This document shows positions 10,787 through 20,361 of a DNA stretch of 64,000 nucleotides, one piece after another. How positions within the stretch are numbered: position 1 is the stretch's first letter; each line of letters begins with the position of its first letter. The translations under genes were made by a program, and so were the position numbers. The stretch covers positions 1,792,001 through 1,856,000 of the forward strand of contig OX638340.1 of assembly GCA_951812955.1 (NCBI GenBank). The letters are read 5' to 3'. The notes under the pieces were generated by a model. It saw nothing but the letters and a program-made list of their open reading frames with translations, was not told the origin of the DNA and searched no databases. Source of the DNA: an uncultured Gemmatimonadota bacterium. Lineage in GTDB: Bacteria; JAAXHH01.

Positions 10787-12049
10787 CTAGAGTTTGTAAC
10801 AGCCGGCATTGATTTGACGAGTACCGCCTATCGACCCTTCATCCTCTGCACCAGAATCTTCGTTATCAACTTCCTCCGCCGCGTTAACGTCAACTACGCC
10901 CTCATTCACCATCATCCTCGCTTCCACCGCGCCTTTCTGATCCGGGTTGCAACTTATCACGCCCCAGTTGTAAACTCCCGCGAGATGATCATACAGGACC
11001 TGGGCCTCGACATCTTCTTCGATGGTAACGACGCCGGTATTGTACAATGTGGCGGTCCCTTCGAGAAAGTCGAATCGAGACTTCTGGAGCGTAACCGTGG
11101 TTTGCACGACCCACAGCGTCCCATCATAGAACACCACCCTGGTTTTCAGTGTGTCGCATTTTCTGGACAGGACTTCACTCAGGCTATCCGGGCACAGGAC
11201 CGTACCGATGCATATGAGACCGGCGAGGGCTCTGTCCAGTGAATCCTGATCTACTTCCTCGTGTATGGTGACGTTTTCGGTTGCGAAGATGCTCCTGTCC
11301 TTCCATGTCCGTATGTTTGTGGAGTTCAGAGACAGCTCGTGTTCCACGATCACAAAGCCCTCAGGAATCGCCCAGGTCAGCGGTGTGCCGGCCCTGGGAT
11401 CGAACCTGGATGCCAGCGTGGACAGGTTTTTCTCGCAGCAGAAGACTTTTCCCCTGACGTTGAGTGTCTTGATTTTTTGATCGATCAGTTTATCCGGCAC
11501 GGCCTGCACGATCTGCAGATCACCCGTGATGACCATGTCCGAGTCGTTGGCCATCGAAGCAAGGTAGACTTCATCCAGCAGGAGGTCGCCGACTACCAGA
11601 CGGGCGGAAGACCGGTAAGATGAATGACTTCCCGGGTTTTCCGTCAACCTGTTCATGATCGCTCCGGCTACGTGTTCAGGATAGAGGATGCTCCCTGAAT
11701 TGAGGATTCCGAACCACGAACTTTCCACGTCTTCAGCCTTGACATCAGGTTCCAGGATTATGCTGCCCGAGTTCATGATGAATAGCGGGGCTCCTTCGCC
11801 AGAGAGCGCTTCCCGGCCCATGACCTCCCTCGAATGAACGGTCATCAGTCTGACCTCTGTAGGAACTTCGATAACACTTCCCATATTGATGGTAAACATG
11901 GTCATAAGAGGCCTGGTTGCAGCGGATACCAGTACGTTCCCGGCGTTGACCTGCTTGATCCTCGATGCCGTCTGTTCCGTTGTTTCACGCATGTCCAGTG
12001 TACCGCAATTGATGCTGACCGAACGGGGGGTGCTTTTTTCGAGATTCAT
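10787..12049 (-). CDS. Hypothetical repeat-containing protein (N-x-GS-I/V beta-strand repeats), located downstream of the ECF sigma factor
   Basis: 420 aa with reiterated INMGSVIEVP / IMNSGSIILEP / ILNSGSILYPE / INCGTL / INAGCY motifs suggesting a beta-helix or beta-solenoid. No TM segment, acidic C-terminus. It lies 95 nt downstream of the sigma gene on the same strand. Confidence 0.5.
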   Translation of the reverse strand: MNLEKSTPRSVSINCGTLDMRETTEQTASRIKQVNAGNVLVSAATRPLMTMFTINMGSVIEVPTEVRLMTVHSREVMGREALSGEGAPLFIMNSGSIILEPDVKAEDVESSWFGILNSGSILYPEHVAGAIMNRLTENPGSHSSYRSSARLVVGDLLLDEVYLASMANDSDMVITGDLQIVQAVPDKLIDQKIKTLNVRGKVFCCEKNLSTLASRFDPRAGTPLTWAIPEGFVIVEHELSLNSTNIRTWKDRSIFATENVTIHEEVDQDSLDRALAGLICIGTVLCPDSLSEVLSRKCDTLKTRVVFYDGTLWVVQTTVTLQKSRFDFLEGTATLYNTGVVTIEEDVEAQVLYDHLAGVYNWGVISCNPDQKGAVEARMMVNEGVVDVNAAEEVDNEDSGAEDEGSIGGTRQINAGCYKL

Positions 12050-12144
12050 GGTTTTTCTCCTGTCTTATGTAGTGCATCCAAAGTCGAGACTGGGTGATTG
12101 AGATCGTAAGACTATACATCCTGGTCCTATACTGGTTTATGTGA

Positions 12145-12654
12145 TTAAGTGAGAAGGGATATCCCCGTGCGCAGTTTTTTTATCGCGGCATGCAGCCTGA
12201 AGCGGACGGTCGCAGCCGGGACCCCCGTCAGTTCTGCGATTTCCCTGCTAGTGAGACCTAAAACGAAGCGCATATGAAAGAGATCGCGGTGTTTCTCCGG
12301 CACGTGCTTCATGATTTCCGGCATGTTGGCCATCACGCCGGAACGATCATCCGGTCCGGATTCCCATCCTACGGTATTGCTCGACTCTTCCTGTAAGAGT
12401 TGAAGCCACTTGTGGAGGAACACCGCTTCTCTCTGCCTTGCACGTGTCTTGTCGACGAACAGGTTGCCCATGGTCCGATACAACCAGGCACGCCTCTGGT
12501 GGGGCGAAAGGGATCCCAGCAGTCCAAGGTGCTTCATGGCACGAATGAACGTCTCCTGTAAGAGGTCGTTCGCGTGGTCATTGTCCCTGGTCAGATGACG
12601 GGCATGTGCCGAAAGCGATGATGCGTATGTCCCATATAGATCATCTACGGTCAT
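12145..12654 (-). CDS. RNA polymerase sigma-70 family, ECF subfamily sigma factor
   Basis: Region 2 (DLLQETFIRAMKHL) and region 4 (LTSREIAELTGVPAATVRFRLHAAIKKLR) are both present. Confidence 0.8.
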   Translation of the reverse strand: MTVDDLYGTYASSLSAHARHLTRDNDHANDLLQETFIRAMKHLGLLGSLSPHQRRAWLYRTMGNLFVDKTRARQREAVFLHKWLQLLQEESSNTVGWESGPDDRSGVMANMPEIMKHVPEKHRDLFHMRFVLGLTSREIAELTGVPAATVRFRLHAAIKKLRTGISLLT

Positions 12655-12804
12655 GCCTTGATCCGATCATTGTTTACCGGGATCTCGAATGAGCACCTGT
12701 TCATATGTAGGACGAATTAAGTAGGAGGGCTGTTTGAAAAAAGTCAGGGCACAAATACAATCTGGCATGTTGATATAGCATGGCTCCGGGGCTGGGATGC
12801 TATT

Positions 12805-13098
12805 ATGATAAGATCGTTCCGCAGAAACGGCACTGAGGATATCTTGAGTGGACGGGATACACGTGCGGCGCGCTCCACATGCCCGTCCTCACCGTGGTCC
12901 GTTGTAGTACGGAAACTCGAGCAGTTAGATTCGGTCGATAGACTACGCGACCTGAATAGCCCACCAGGCAATCGTCTCCAGGTCCTGCGGGGTGCGCGTT
13001 CAGGTCAATACAGCATTCGAATTAACATCCAATACCGCATTTGCTTCGTTTGGTTGGATGCTGGTCCTCGAGATGTCGAAATCATCGACTATCACTAA
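12805..13098 (+). CDS. higB: HigB toxin (RelE/ParE superfamily mRNA interferase)
   Basis: MIRSFRRNGTEDI...PGNRLQVLRGARSGQYSIRINIQYRICFVWLDAGPRDVEIIDYH is the canonical HigB architecture. It sits directly upstream of higA. Confidence 0.75.
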   Translation: MIRSFRRNGTEDILSGRDTRAARSTCPSSPWSVVVRKLEQLDSVDRLRDLNSPPGNRLQVLRGARSGQYSIRINIQYRICFVWLDAGPRDVEIIDYH

Positions 13099-13120
13099 AC
13101 TGAGTTGCGAGGTGTCCCCT

Positions 13121-13435
13121 ATGGTACTTGTTCCTACAGATCGTATTCCAACCCACCCGGGTGAGATGCTGCTGGAGGAGTTCCTGATTCCGATGAAGTT
13201 GACACAGCGCGAGTTGGCTGAAGCCCTTCACGTACCATACCAGCGCGTGAACGAATTGGTTAACGGCCGACGAGGTATTACACCAAGCACGGCGCTGCGG
13301 CTGGGCAAATACTTCGATGTAACGCCCTCGTTCTGGCTTAACCTTCAGCTCCGTTGGGATCTTTATCATGCCATGCGGTCAGAGGCCCGGGATTTGGAAG
13401 CGATCGAGCCTCGTGGCATTGGCGTCGAAGTATAA
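13121..13435 (+). CDS. higA: HigA antitoxin (XRE HTH)
   Basis: ORF 12992..13435 trimmed to the ATG at 13121. HPGEMLLEEFLIPMKLTQRELAEALHVPYQRVNELVNGRRGITPSTALRLGKYF matches the HigA signature. The gap to the higB stop is 22 nt. Confidence 0.8.
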   Translation: MVLVPTDRIPTHPGEMLLEEFLIPMKLTQRELAEALHVPYQRVNELVNGRRGITPSTALRLGKYFDVTPSFWLNLQLRWDLYHAMRSEARDLEAIEPRGIGVEV

Positions 13436-13548
13436 ACGACAGACGGGAAGTGGCGCATATGATTCGCTTGTCGGCGACGAAGGTATTGTAGTCTCCTCGT
13501 CTACAAACACCTTCTCGATCGGCATATTGAAAACTCTGGAGATCTTCA

Positions 13549-14259
13549 ATGCCAAGGACAGGCGACTTGAACATCTCCGCAATTTCCTTCGATGTGGACG
13601 CGACGCTGATCGACACGGATCGGGTCATCATGCGATCGATGCAGTCCGTTCGTGATGAGTTGATTCTGTGTGTACCTGGCGGGCGGGCTCAGGACCTTTC
13701 GGTAGAGCAGATGTGGTATATCCGTGACCAGGTGGAAAAGGGATTTACGGGTAACCTGAGAGACTACGACGAAATACGGAAAAGGTCTTTCATCAAGATG
13801 CTTGATCATGTCGGACACACCGGGCCTGATATCTCGACGCGTCTCAATGAAGTATACCTGAAACACCGTTACGAAGAAATCGAACCGTACGGGGATGTGG
13901 TACCCGCGCTCAATGCCCTTGGCCCGCATTTCAAACTGGGTCTACTTTCGAACGGTAACAACTACCCGGAGTACTTCGGACTCGCGGAACGTTTCGACTT
14001 TGCCATATTCGCTCAGGACATCGGTATAGAAAAGCCGGATCCGAGGACCTTTCAGATCGCGGCGCGTAGGGCGGGTTGTGATCTGGACCAGCTGTTACAC
14101 GTGGGAGATTCGCTTGAAACAGACGTCGAAGGCGCGCAGGCTGTCGGAGTACGCGCGGTATGGCTGAACAGGGAGGGGAAACCAAACGACTCTGGAATTA
14201 AGCCGGATTATGAAATCGCATTACTGACCGAACTGCCTGCGTTACTGGGGATAGACTGA
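13549..14259 (+). CDS. HAD family hydrolase (HAD-IA, dehalogenase/phosphatase-like)
   Basis: Motif I FDVDATL; LLSNGNN; motif IV GDSLETDVEGA. A GGAG RBS lies upstream. Confidence 0.7.
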   Translation: MPRTGDLNISAISFDVDATLIDTDRVIMRSMQSVRDELILCVPGGRAQDLSVEQMWYIRDQVEKGFTGNLRDYDEIRKRSFIKMLDHVGHTGPDISTRLNEVYLKHRYEEIEPYGDVVPALNALGPHFKLGLLSNGNNYPEYFGLAERFDFAIFAQDIGIEKPDPRTFQIAARRAGCDLDQLLHVGDSLETDVEGAQAVGVRAVWLNREGKPNDSGIKPDYEIALLTELPALLGID

Positions 14260-14302
14260 ATGACTGCACCCTCACTGAATGACTGTCCCCTCTTGGTATG
14301 AT

Positions 14303-14788
14303 CTACTCCAGTCTCCGAAACCCCAGCCGCTCTCCGGCGAATCCCTCCCGCCAGACGCTCGTACATGCCTCAACCATCTCATCCAGGTTTTCTGTTACTT
14401 CGCCGAAACGATTGCCCGGAACCAGTCCCATGTTGGGCGATAAGATCAAATTGTCCCGTCCGTAGAAGATCGCGAGATCGACCAGGCCCTTGCTATAGGA
14501 AACCTCGCGCAACGATGGAACATTCACCGCGCCAGGTGGAAAGTAGAAGTAGAGCAGATCGCCTGTGAACGGTGTAATCGTTGGATTTTCCATACCAGGC
14601 TCGCTTGGAGCGAAGGGTGGAACGAGAGCAAATACTTCGTTGCTCGCGTATTTGGCATGAAAGGCATCGCCCTCCTGCGGCAGCGCGTTCCACACCGCCT
14701 CGCACGTCTTCGGTGCAAGGTCGTCCAGCATCCGCGCGACACAGCTTACGCCGCGTTTTTTCAAGGTCACTTCAATAAACCGATCCAT
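14303..14788 (-). CDS. DUF3830-like (cyclophilin-like fold) protein
   Basis: The N-terminus IEVTLKKRGVSCVARMLDDLAPKTCEAVWNALP...HAKYASNEVF resembles the DUF3830 family. The assignment is from memory and tentative. Confidence 0.4.
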   Translation of the reverse strand: MDRFIEVTLKKRGVSCVARMLDDLAPKTCEAVWNALPQEGDAFHAKYASNEVFALVPPFAPSEPGMENPTITPFTGDLLYFYFPPGAVNVPSLREVSYSKGLVDLAIFYGRDNLILSPNMGLVPGNRFGEVTENLDEMVEACTSVWREGFAGERLGFRRLE

Positions 14789-14899
14789 GTTGAACTCCTT
14801 GATTCTCAGTCAGTTCCAAGTCAGAAAACGAGCCGGTTGTGAAATCCCGCGAGGTTTACCCCGCGGATAACGGTCCGGCCGAAACCGGCGGCATTCGCG

Positions 14900-15625
14900 T
14901 CAGGCAACAATCATCAAAAGTCGCCCCAAACCGGACTGCGGTGTCAATCGATCCGCAAGGCGCATGGCTTCCCACATGGTCACCTGGTTCGCCGTCAGCA
15001 CCGTTTTCCCGACTGCAGCCTCGAGTTCGGGCAGGAAACCAGCGGTATGCAACGCGGTGTCGGGAATGAGCACAGTCTCCGCGTCCGGATGATCGTTGGC
15101 GCGCGCAAAACGCAGCACCTTGTCACGTTCGATCAGCGCGACCTCGTCACCCGACCAGGCACCGAGGCACCCCATTTTTACTACTTCGATGCCACCTGTT
15201 TCCAAAAAAGCGAGGAAGGCGTTTGACAGGGCCTCGGGGTAGGTCGAGGCAACGGCAACCCGCTTCAGTCCGAGCGCCTTTCCGGCGCTGAGGAACGCCA
15301 GCGATGTGCTCGAAGCCGGTACGCCGAGCGCATCCTCCAGCTCCTGTGCCTGGCGGCGCGCTCCCTCCACGCCAAAGGCAAAACTCCCGCTTGTACATGC
15401 CCACAGGCATACGTCGATATTATGCGGACGTAATTCCTTCGCTCCTGCCAACAGGTACTCCCGGCTGCCGGTGACCCGGCTCTCGTCGATACGATGCAGG
15501 TTTGGACTGCCGGTATGAACAACCTGAACCTCGACCGCAGGCTTCAGCGCGGCAGCAAGACGAGGGTAGTCGTCCTCCGCGGAATGAAGGGGGTAGAGTA
15601 TACCGACTTTCAGCTTGTTATTCAT
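14900..15625 (-). CDS. Asp/Glu/hydantoin racemase superfamily protein (maleate isomerase / arylmalonate decarboxylase-like)
   Basis: WACTSGSF catalytic Cys motif and a two-domain racemase architecture; 241 aa. Confidence 0.6.
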   Translation of the reverse strand: MNNKLKVGILYPLHSAEDDYPRLAAALKPAVEVQVVHTGSPNLHRIDESRVTGSREYLLAGAKELRPHNIDVCLWACTSGSFAFGVEGARRQAQELEDALGVPASSTSLAFLSAGKALGLKRVAVASTYPEALSNAFLAFLETGGIEVVKMGCLGAWSGDEVALIERDKVLRFARANDHPDAETVLIPDTALHTAGFLPELEAAVGKTVLTANQVTMWEAMRLADRLTPQSGLGRLLMIVA

Positions 15626-15778
15626 CCGTCTCGGTACCTCGTGCGAACCATATACGCATACGCTCTCGGCTCAAACCATTGCGGTCCGTCGCACTAGCCT
15701 ATACAGTTCGAAGCATGAGCCGTTGTAGTTCGTCGCGCAGTCCGTTACGCCTCCGAGCACGATTCCCCGCGCACGCCG

Positions 15779-16522
15779 TTATGGTTCGTCGCTCAAATAG
15801 TCATAAACAATCCGCGCATACCCCTCGGAATAGCTGCTCTCCATGTGGTAGGCATCGCCGTATTCCAGCGGCGTGAGCGGAGCGAGGTCGCACCGCGGGG
15901 AAGCGCCAAGGTCGATCGTACCCCGCCCCTTCGCGACGGAGTGGACTTCAACATCCTGGGCTGTTTCGCTGCAATCGATCAGCTGTTTGACGGCCGGCCC
16001 CGGACCGTCTGCCCTTGGAATAACCTTTAACCGCCAGGCCGGGGTAAGAGAAGGCATCGCTTCGCCCGGTGCATCCTTTTCCATGCTGGTATTTATACGC
16101 AATACGGGTTCACCACCATATGTGGTCTCCGTCACCATGCACCGGTCAACTTGCGTCACCTGCAACCCCGCGTACACTTTCGGCGTCCCGTAAATCTCCC
16201 TGCCCGCGGCGATACCGGCGGGGCCGTTATGAAAAACATGGGAACAGTAGAACCCGGTCTGATTCCTGAAGTGGCACTTCATAACGATAAAAGATTCCTG
16301 GAAGGGGCCGTAATTCTCGCAAATCGGTATATCCAATCCAGAGGCCACGCACAGCCCATCCTCCGCTGCTACCAATGGTTCCGGGAGAAAGCCCTGAACC
16401 GCGGCGGGCGCTGCGTGGAAGAACACGAATTGAAACCGGACGTTTCGATAGACCGCCGGCAGCGGTGGATAAAATGGGTTGTCAGGTGGAATGTTCCAGC
16501 CTTCGTCGTGTTTGAGTCCCAT
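15779..16522 (-). CDS. Acetoacetate decarboxylase (ADC) family protein
   Basis: ORF trimmed to the ATG at 16522. PFYPPLPAVYRNVRFQFVFF plus a C-terminal lysine region (VAKGRGTIDLG) resemble the ADC-like fold. Moderately tentative. Confidence 0.45.
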   Translation of the reverse strand: MGLKHDEGWNIPPDNPFYPPLPAVYRNVRFQFVFFHAAPAAVQGFLPEPLVAAEDGLCVASGLDIPICENYGPFQESFIVMKCHFRNQTGFYCSHVFHNGPAGIAAGREIYGTPKVYAGLQVTQVDRCMVTETTYGGEPVLRINTSMEKDAPGEAMPSLTPAWRLKVIPRADGPGPAVKQLIDCSETAQDVEVHSVAKGRGTIDLGASPRCDLAPLTPLEYGDAYHMESSYSEGYARIVYDYLSDEP

Positions 16523-16775
16523 AATTAGATCTCTTGATTTCGGGGCCTGTGATGTACGCCTTAGACCAACGACGCTCTCGAGGGCCACGATTGAGGTGCG
16601 TCACTAAACAATTTCTGCCCGTCTGCTTTGTGTTTCATGATGCCAATCGGACCATGCATCTTGTCATTAACTTAATTGCCTCCCATATTAGGTAAAGGCT
16701 GGAATCACCATTATTCATATCGTAGATCCCGAATAGGAGATGCGGAGCAGGTTCCCTGACCGCAGAGACGCAACC

Positions 16776-18248
16776 ATGGCCAATTCAACGCCCAACATCA
16801 TCTACATCCTCGCGGACGACATGGGATACGGCGACATGGGGTGCAACAACCCCGATTCGAAGATCCCGACGCCCAACCTGGACCTGCTCGCCGAGGAAGG
16901 CATGCGGTTCACCGACGCCCACGCCCCGTCGAGCGTGTGCACGCCTAGCCGCTACGCCCTGCTGACCGGCCGCTACGCCTGGCGCACGCCTTTGAAGAAC
17001 AGCGTCCTTTGGCCCTACGATCCACCCCTGATCGAGCCCGGCCGGCTCACCGCGGCGGAGATGCTTCGCGGGCAGGGATACCGTACCGCCTGTATCGGAA
17101 AGTGGCATCTGGGCTGGGAGTGGACCACTCTGGACGGAAAGCCGGCTCACGAAGGCACGGCGGTGGGCAGGCCGGACCGTGAACTGCGGGAGGAACGGGA
17201 ACGTCAGGTCGATTTCGGCAAGCCCATGCGCGGAGGGCCAGTCGATTGCGGTTTCGACACGTATTTCGGCGTGGACGTCCCGAATTTCCCGCCCTACACC
17301 TGGTTTGAACAGGACCGCCTCGCCGGGGAGCCGACCGTACCCAAGCCCGATGAGATGTTCGGTTGGCCCGGAATCATGAAACAGGGCTGGACGCTCGAGG
17401 AGATGATTCCTGCATTCGTTCGCCGCGTGGTCAACTACATCCAAACATCCGGTCCCGATCCATTCTTTCTCTACTTTCCGCTCACTTCGCCCCACACGCC
17501 CATCGTGCCCAATACGCCGTTTAAAGGCCGCAGCGGCTCAGGACTTTACGGCGACTTCGTGTGCGAAGTGGACTGGGTCGTGGGCCAGGTCATGGCCGCG
17601 CTGGAACGCAAGGGCATTGCCGACGACACCTTGCTGGTCTTCACGAGCGATAATGGCCCGGAGTGCGCCCCCGCTGCGGACGGCGGAAGCTACGAACATG
17701 CACGGATCCACGGCCACTACAGCATGGGGGACCTGCGCGGCGTCAAGCGCGATACCTGGGAAGGCGGGCACCGCGTCCCCTTCCTCGCCCGGTGGCCGGA
17801 CGCGACACCCGCCGGCACGGTCTGCGACCAGCTTACCATCCTGGGAGATTTCATGGCGACCTGCGCGGAGTTGACCGGCGTCGATCTGCAGGAGGACGAA
17901 GGCGAAGACAGCGTGAGCATGCTTCCGCTGCTTCAGGGGGAAACCGGCGCTCCGGTGCGGGACTTCGCCATTCACCACAGTTGCCACGGGAAATTCGCCA
18001 TACGAAAAGGAAGTTGGGTATTTCTCGATTCCCAAAATGGGGACGACAACCGCGAACCCGATTGGTTCAAGGAAGAACGAGGCTACACCGCCCACGAATT
18101 CCCCGGCGAACTCTACAACCTCGAGGACGACATCTCGGAGCGGGTAAACAGGTATGGCGACCATCCGGATCTTGTCCGGGAGATGTCGCAGATGCTGGAA
18201 CGGGTGAAGTCGGAAGACATCTCGGAGAGGCCGTCGCCCACGGTGTGA
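16776..18248 (+). CDS. Arylsulfatase (sulfatase family, formylglycine-dependent)
   Basis: Sulfatase signatures CTPSRYALLTGRY and GKWHLG. No signal peptide. The start is chosen at the internal ATG (MANSTPNIIYILADD); an alternative ATG lies at 16740. Confidence 0.75.
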   Translation: MANSTPNIIYILADDMGYGDMGCNNPDSKIPTPNLDLLAEEGMRFTDAHAPSSVCTPSRYALLTGRYAWRTPLKNSVLWPYDPPLIEPGRLTAAEMLRGQGYRTACIGKWHLGWEWTTLDGKPAHEGTAVGRPDRELREERERQVDFGKPMRGGPVDCGFDTYFGVDVPNFPPYTWFEQDRLAGEPTVPKPDEMFGWPGIMKQGWTLEEMIPAFVRRVVNYIQTSGPDPFFLYFPLTSPHTPIVPNTPFKGRSGSGLYGDFVCEVDWVVGQVMAALERKGIADDTLLVFTSDNGPECAPAADGGSYEHARIHGHYSMGDLRGVKRDTWEGGHRVPFLARWPDATPAGTVCDQLTILGDFMATCAELTGVDLQEDEGEDSVSMLPLLQGETGAPVRDFAIHHSCHGKFAIRKGSWVFLDSQNGDDNREPDWFKEERGYTAHEFPGELYNLEDDISERVNRYGDHPDLVREMSQMLERVKSEDISERPSPTV

Positions 18249-18309
18249 TTAGTGATTCTGCCCCGAATGGCTGTGCAACGTATGTCGTACTTCCGGACTG
18301 AGTCAATCA

Positions 18310-18738
18310 TTGAGTGATTCAGGATACCCCGAGCCCACCGCCGGCGCACTGATTCAGGATCCGGAGGGCAGGATCCTGCTGCTCAAGTCCCACAAGTTCA
18401 AAGACCGGTACACCATACCCGGTGGGCATATCGAACTCGGGGAGACTGCGGAGGAGGCACTGCGAAGAGAGATTCGGGAAGAAACCGGGCTCGAGATCTA
18501 TGACGTGGAGTTCCTGCTCTATCAGGATTTTGTTTTTGACGACTCCTTCTGGAAGAAAAAGCACTTTATATTCCTGGATTTCGCCTGCAGGACCGACTGT
18601 ACTGAAGTAGAGCTAAACGAAGAAGCGCAGGATTACATCTGGTCGACCCCGGAAGACGCCCTGACGCTTCCGATTGACCGGTACACGGCCAGGGCTATCG
18701 AGGCCCTGGTGGCCAGGCGGAGTTCGAACGGGAAATGA
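18310..18738 (+). CDS. NUDIX hydrolase
   Basis: Nudix box GGHIELGETAEEALRREIREETGLEI. Confidence 0.75.
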   Translation: MSDSGYPEPTAGALIQDPEGRILLLKSHKFKDRYTIPGGHIELGETAEEALRREIREETGLEIYDVEFLLYQDFVFDDSFWKKKHFIFLDFACRTDCTEVELNEEAQDYIWSTPEDALTLPIDRYTARAIEALVARRSSNGK

Positions 18739-19385
18739 TTCGCTGTGTCCTCTTTGATCTGGATGGTACGCTGATCGATACCTGGAACCTCTACGTCCGG
18801 ACCATGGAGCGCACCCTCGAAGAGATCGACCACAAGAAAATCCCCGTTGACCAACTTGCGACGCTGCGGCTGAACTCCGAGCCACGGCTGCTGGGTCATT
18901 TCGTTCCACAGGACGAGGTGGGTAGCGCTCATCAGCGGTTTCTGGCGAACTACCATGCCCTTCATGCGTCTTGCTTCGGCGGAGTCTACCCGGGTGTTCA
19001 CGCGCTGTTGACATCCCTTCGAAATCGCGGTATCAGGACGGGGATCGTCACCGGAAAAAGCCGGGGTGCCTGGGAGATCACCCGACAGCACGTCCGGTTG
19101 GGTGACTTCGATACCCTGGTTTTCGATGACGATGTCTCTTTGCCCAAACCGGATTGCGAGGGGATCGTAAAAGCGATGGCCGACCTGGACGTCCCGCCAT
19201 CGGTGACGGTATACGTTGGTGATTCCCTGGATGACCTGAAAGCCGCGGACCGAGCGGGAGTCGGTTTTATTGGTGCAGGATGGTCGAAGACCGCTACGGA
19301 TATCGAGGCTTTCGAGCAGGCCGCCGCCGAGATCGGTCCGTATAACGGTTTGGACCATCCCGGCGAGGTTGAGCGGTTTTTGTAG
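18735..19385 (+). CDS. HAD family hydrolase (phosphoglycolate-phosphatase-like)
   Basis: FDLDGTLIDT, VTGKSR and YVGDSLDDLKAA motifs. A 4-nt ATGA overlap with the NUDIX stop suggests translational coupling. Confidence 0.75.
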   Translation: MIRCVLFDLDGTLIDTWNLYVRTMERTLEEIDHKKIPVDQLATLRLNSEPRLLGHFVPQDEVGSAHQRFLANYHALHASCFGGVYPGVHALLTSLRNRGIRTGIVTGKSRGAWEITRQHVRLGDFDTLVFDDDVSLPKPDCEGIVKAMADLDVPPSVTVYVGDSLDDLKAADRAGVGFIGAGWSKTATDIEAFEQAAAEIGPYNGLDHPGEVERFL

Positions 19386-19463
19386 ATTCTGTTAAGCGGC
19401 GCCATGGCAGAGGAGATCATCGTAGGAGGCGACCGCGACGGATCAGACCTTGGTGGAGGACCC

Positions 19464-20303
19464 ATGCCGGACTATAACTACCATTTCCATCGCGATGATC
19501 TCAAGGCGGCCCTTGCGTGCCTGGATGAATACGGATTCTGCGTCATCCGGCAACTGATCGACCGGGAAATGGTCGCCGCGCTGAAGGAATCCATCGATCG
19601 GCAGCTGGACCCGGAAGGCGATCTGGCGCCGGCTTCCAACCGGTATCACATGGCCTTCGCCGAAGACAGCGAGCCTGTCTGGGACCTGGTCGAGAACCCG
19701 GATTACAAGCGGTTCATTCACACCGTGCACGGCACAACCGACCTTTGCCTGCATCGCTCCGCGGCCATACTGCGCACGCCGGGCGAGGGAATGGGCCGCT
19801 GGCACCAGGATCACCGGGGGCACATCGCCAGGCCGCAGCACGCCAACGACGTGCTGAACCGGTTTCCCATTCCGAGCGGCGCCTGGCTCTATCTCAATGG
19901 AAGCCATCCCGATCGCAGCGGCATCGCGGTCATCGAGAAATCCCACCATTTGGAGTGGGAAGGCCCCGAGGGTTACATCATGGGACCGAATCGCAGTGGT
20001 ATATATCCGGAGGGCGGTACCCCGGAAACTCCCTACGACGGCATGGCCGTGCCCGGGTGCGTCCCGGTCGTGGCAGATCCCGGGGACCTGATCTGCTTCG
20101 CCGCACTCACCTGGCACGCCAACATGGCCACTCGCGAACGGCGATACTCCTGCGGAATCGGGTTCCGCCCCAAGACCTGGCGCATTGACGCGCCCTGGCC
20201 ATTGCCCGATTCGGCCTTGGCCCTGGCTGAAAGACTCCCCGATCACCTCAAGCATTTTACCGAAGGTTACACGGGGTTTGACGGGGAGTGGAGGGCGGAG
20301 TGA
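19464..20303 (+). CDS. Phytanoyl-CoA dioxygenase (PhyH) family protein
   Basis: ORF trimmed to the ATG at 19464, with a GGTGGAGGA RBS. WHQDHRG...LNGSHPD...TWHAN. Confidence 0.7.
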   Translation: MPDYNYHFHRDDLKAALACLDEYGFCVIRQLIDREMVAALKESIDRQLDPEGDLAPASNRYHMAFAEDSEPVWDLVENPDYKRFIHTVHGTTDLCLHRSAAILRTPGEGMGRWHQDHRGHIARPQHANDVLNRFPIPSGAWLYLNGSHPDRSGIAVIEKSHHLEWEGPEGYIMGPNRSGIYPEGGTPETPYDGMAVPGCVPVVADPGDLICFAALTWHANMATRERRYSCGIGFRPKTWRIDAPWPLPDSALALAERLPDHLKHFTEGYTGFDGEWRAE

Positions 20304-20361
20304 CTCGGCGGAATGGCGTTATTACGTGTACACGCACAAACCAACCTGAGTAAGTCTACCG

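Noticed and set aside
12655-12800. ECF-type autoregulatory promoter (GAACA-N18-CGGTA) upstream of the sigma factor gene
   Set aside because: Only a loose resemblance to the GGAAC...CGT(C/T) consensus; the spacing and the -10 element are uncertain without comparative data, so it is not reported as a feature.
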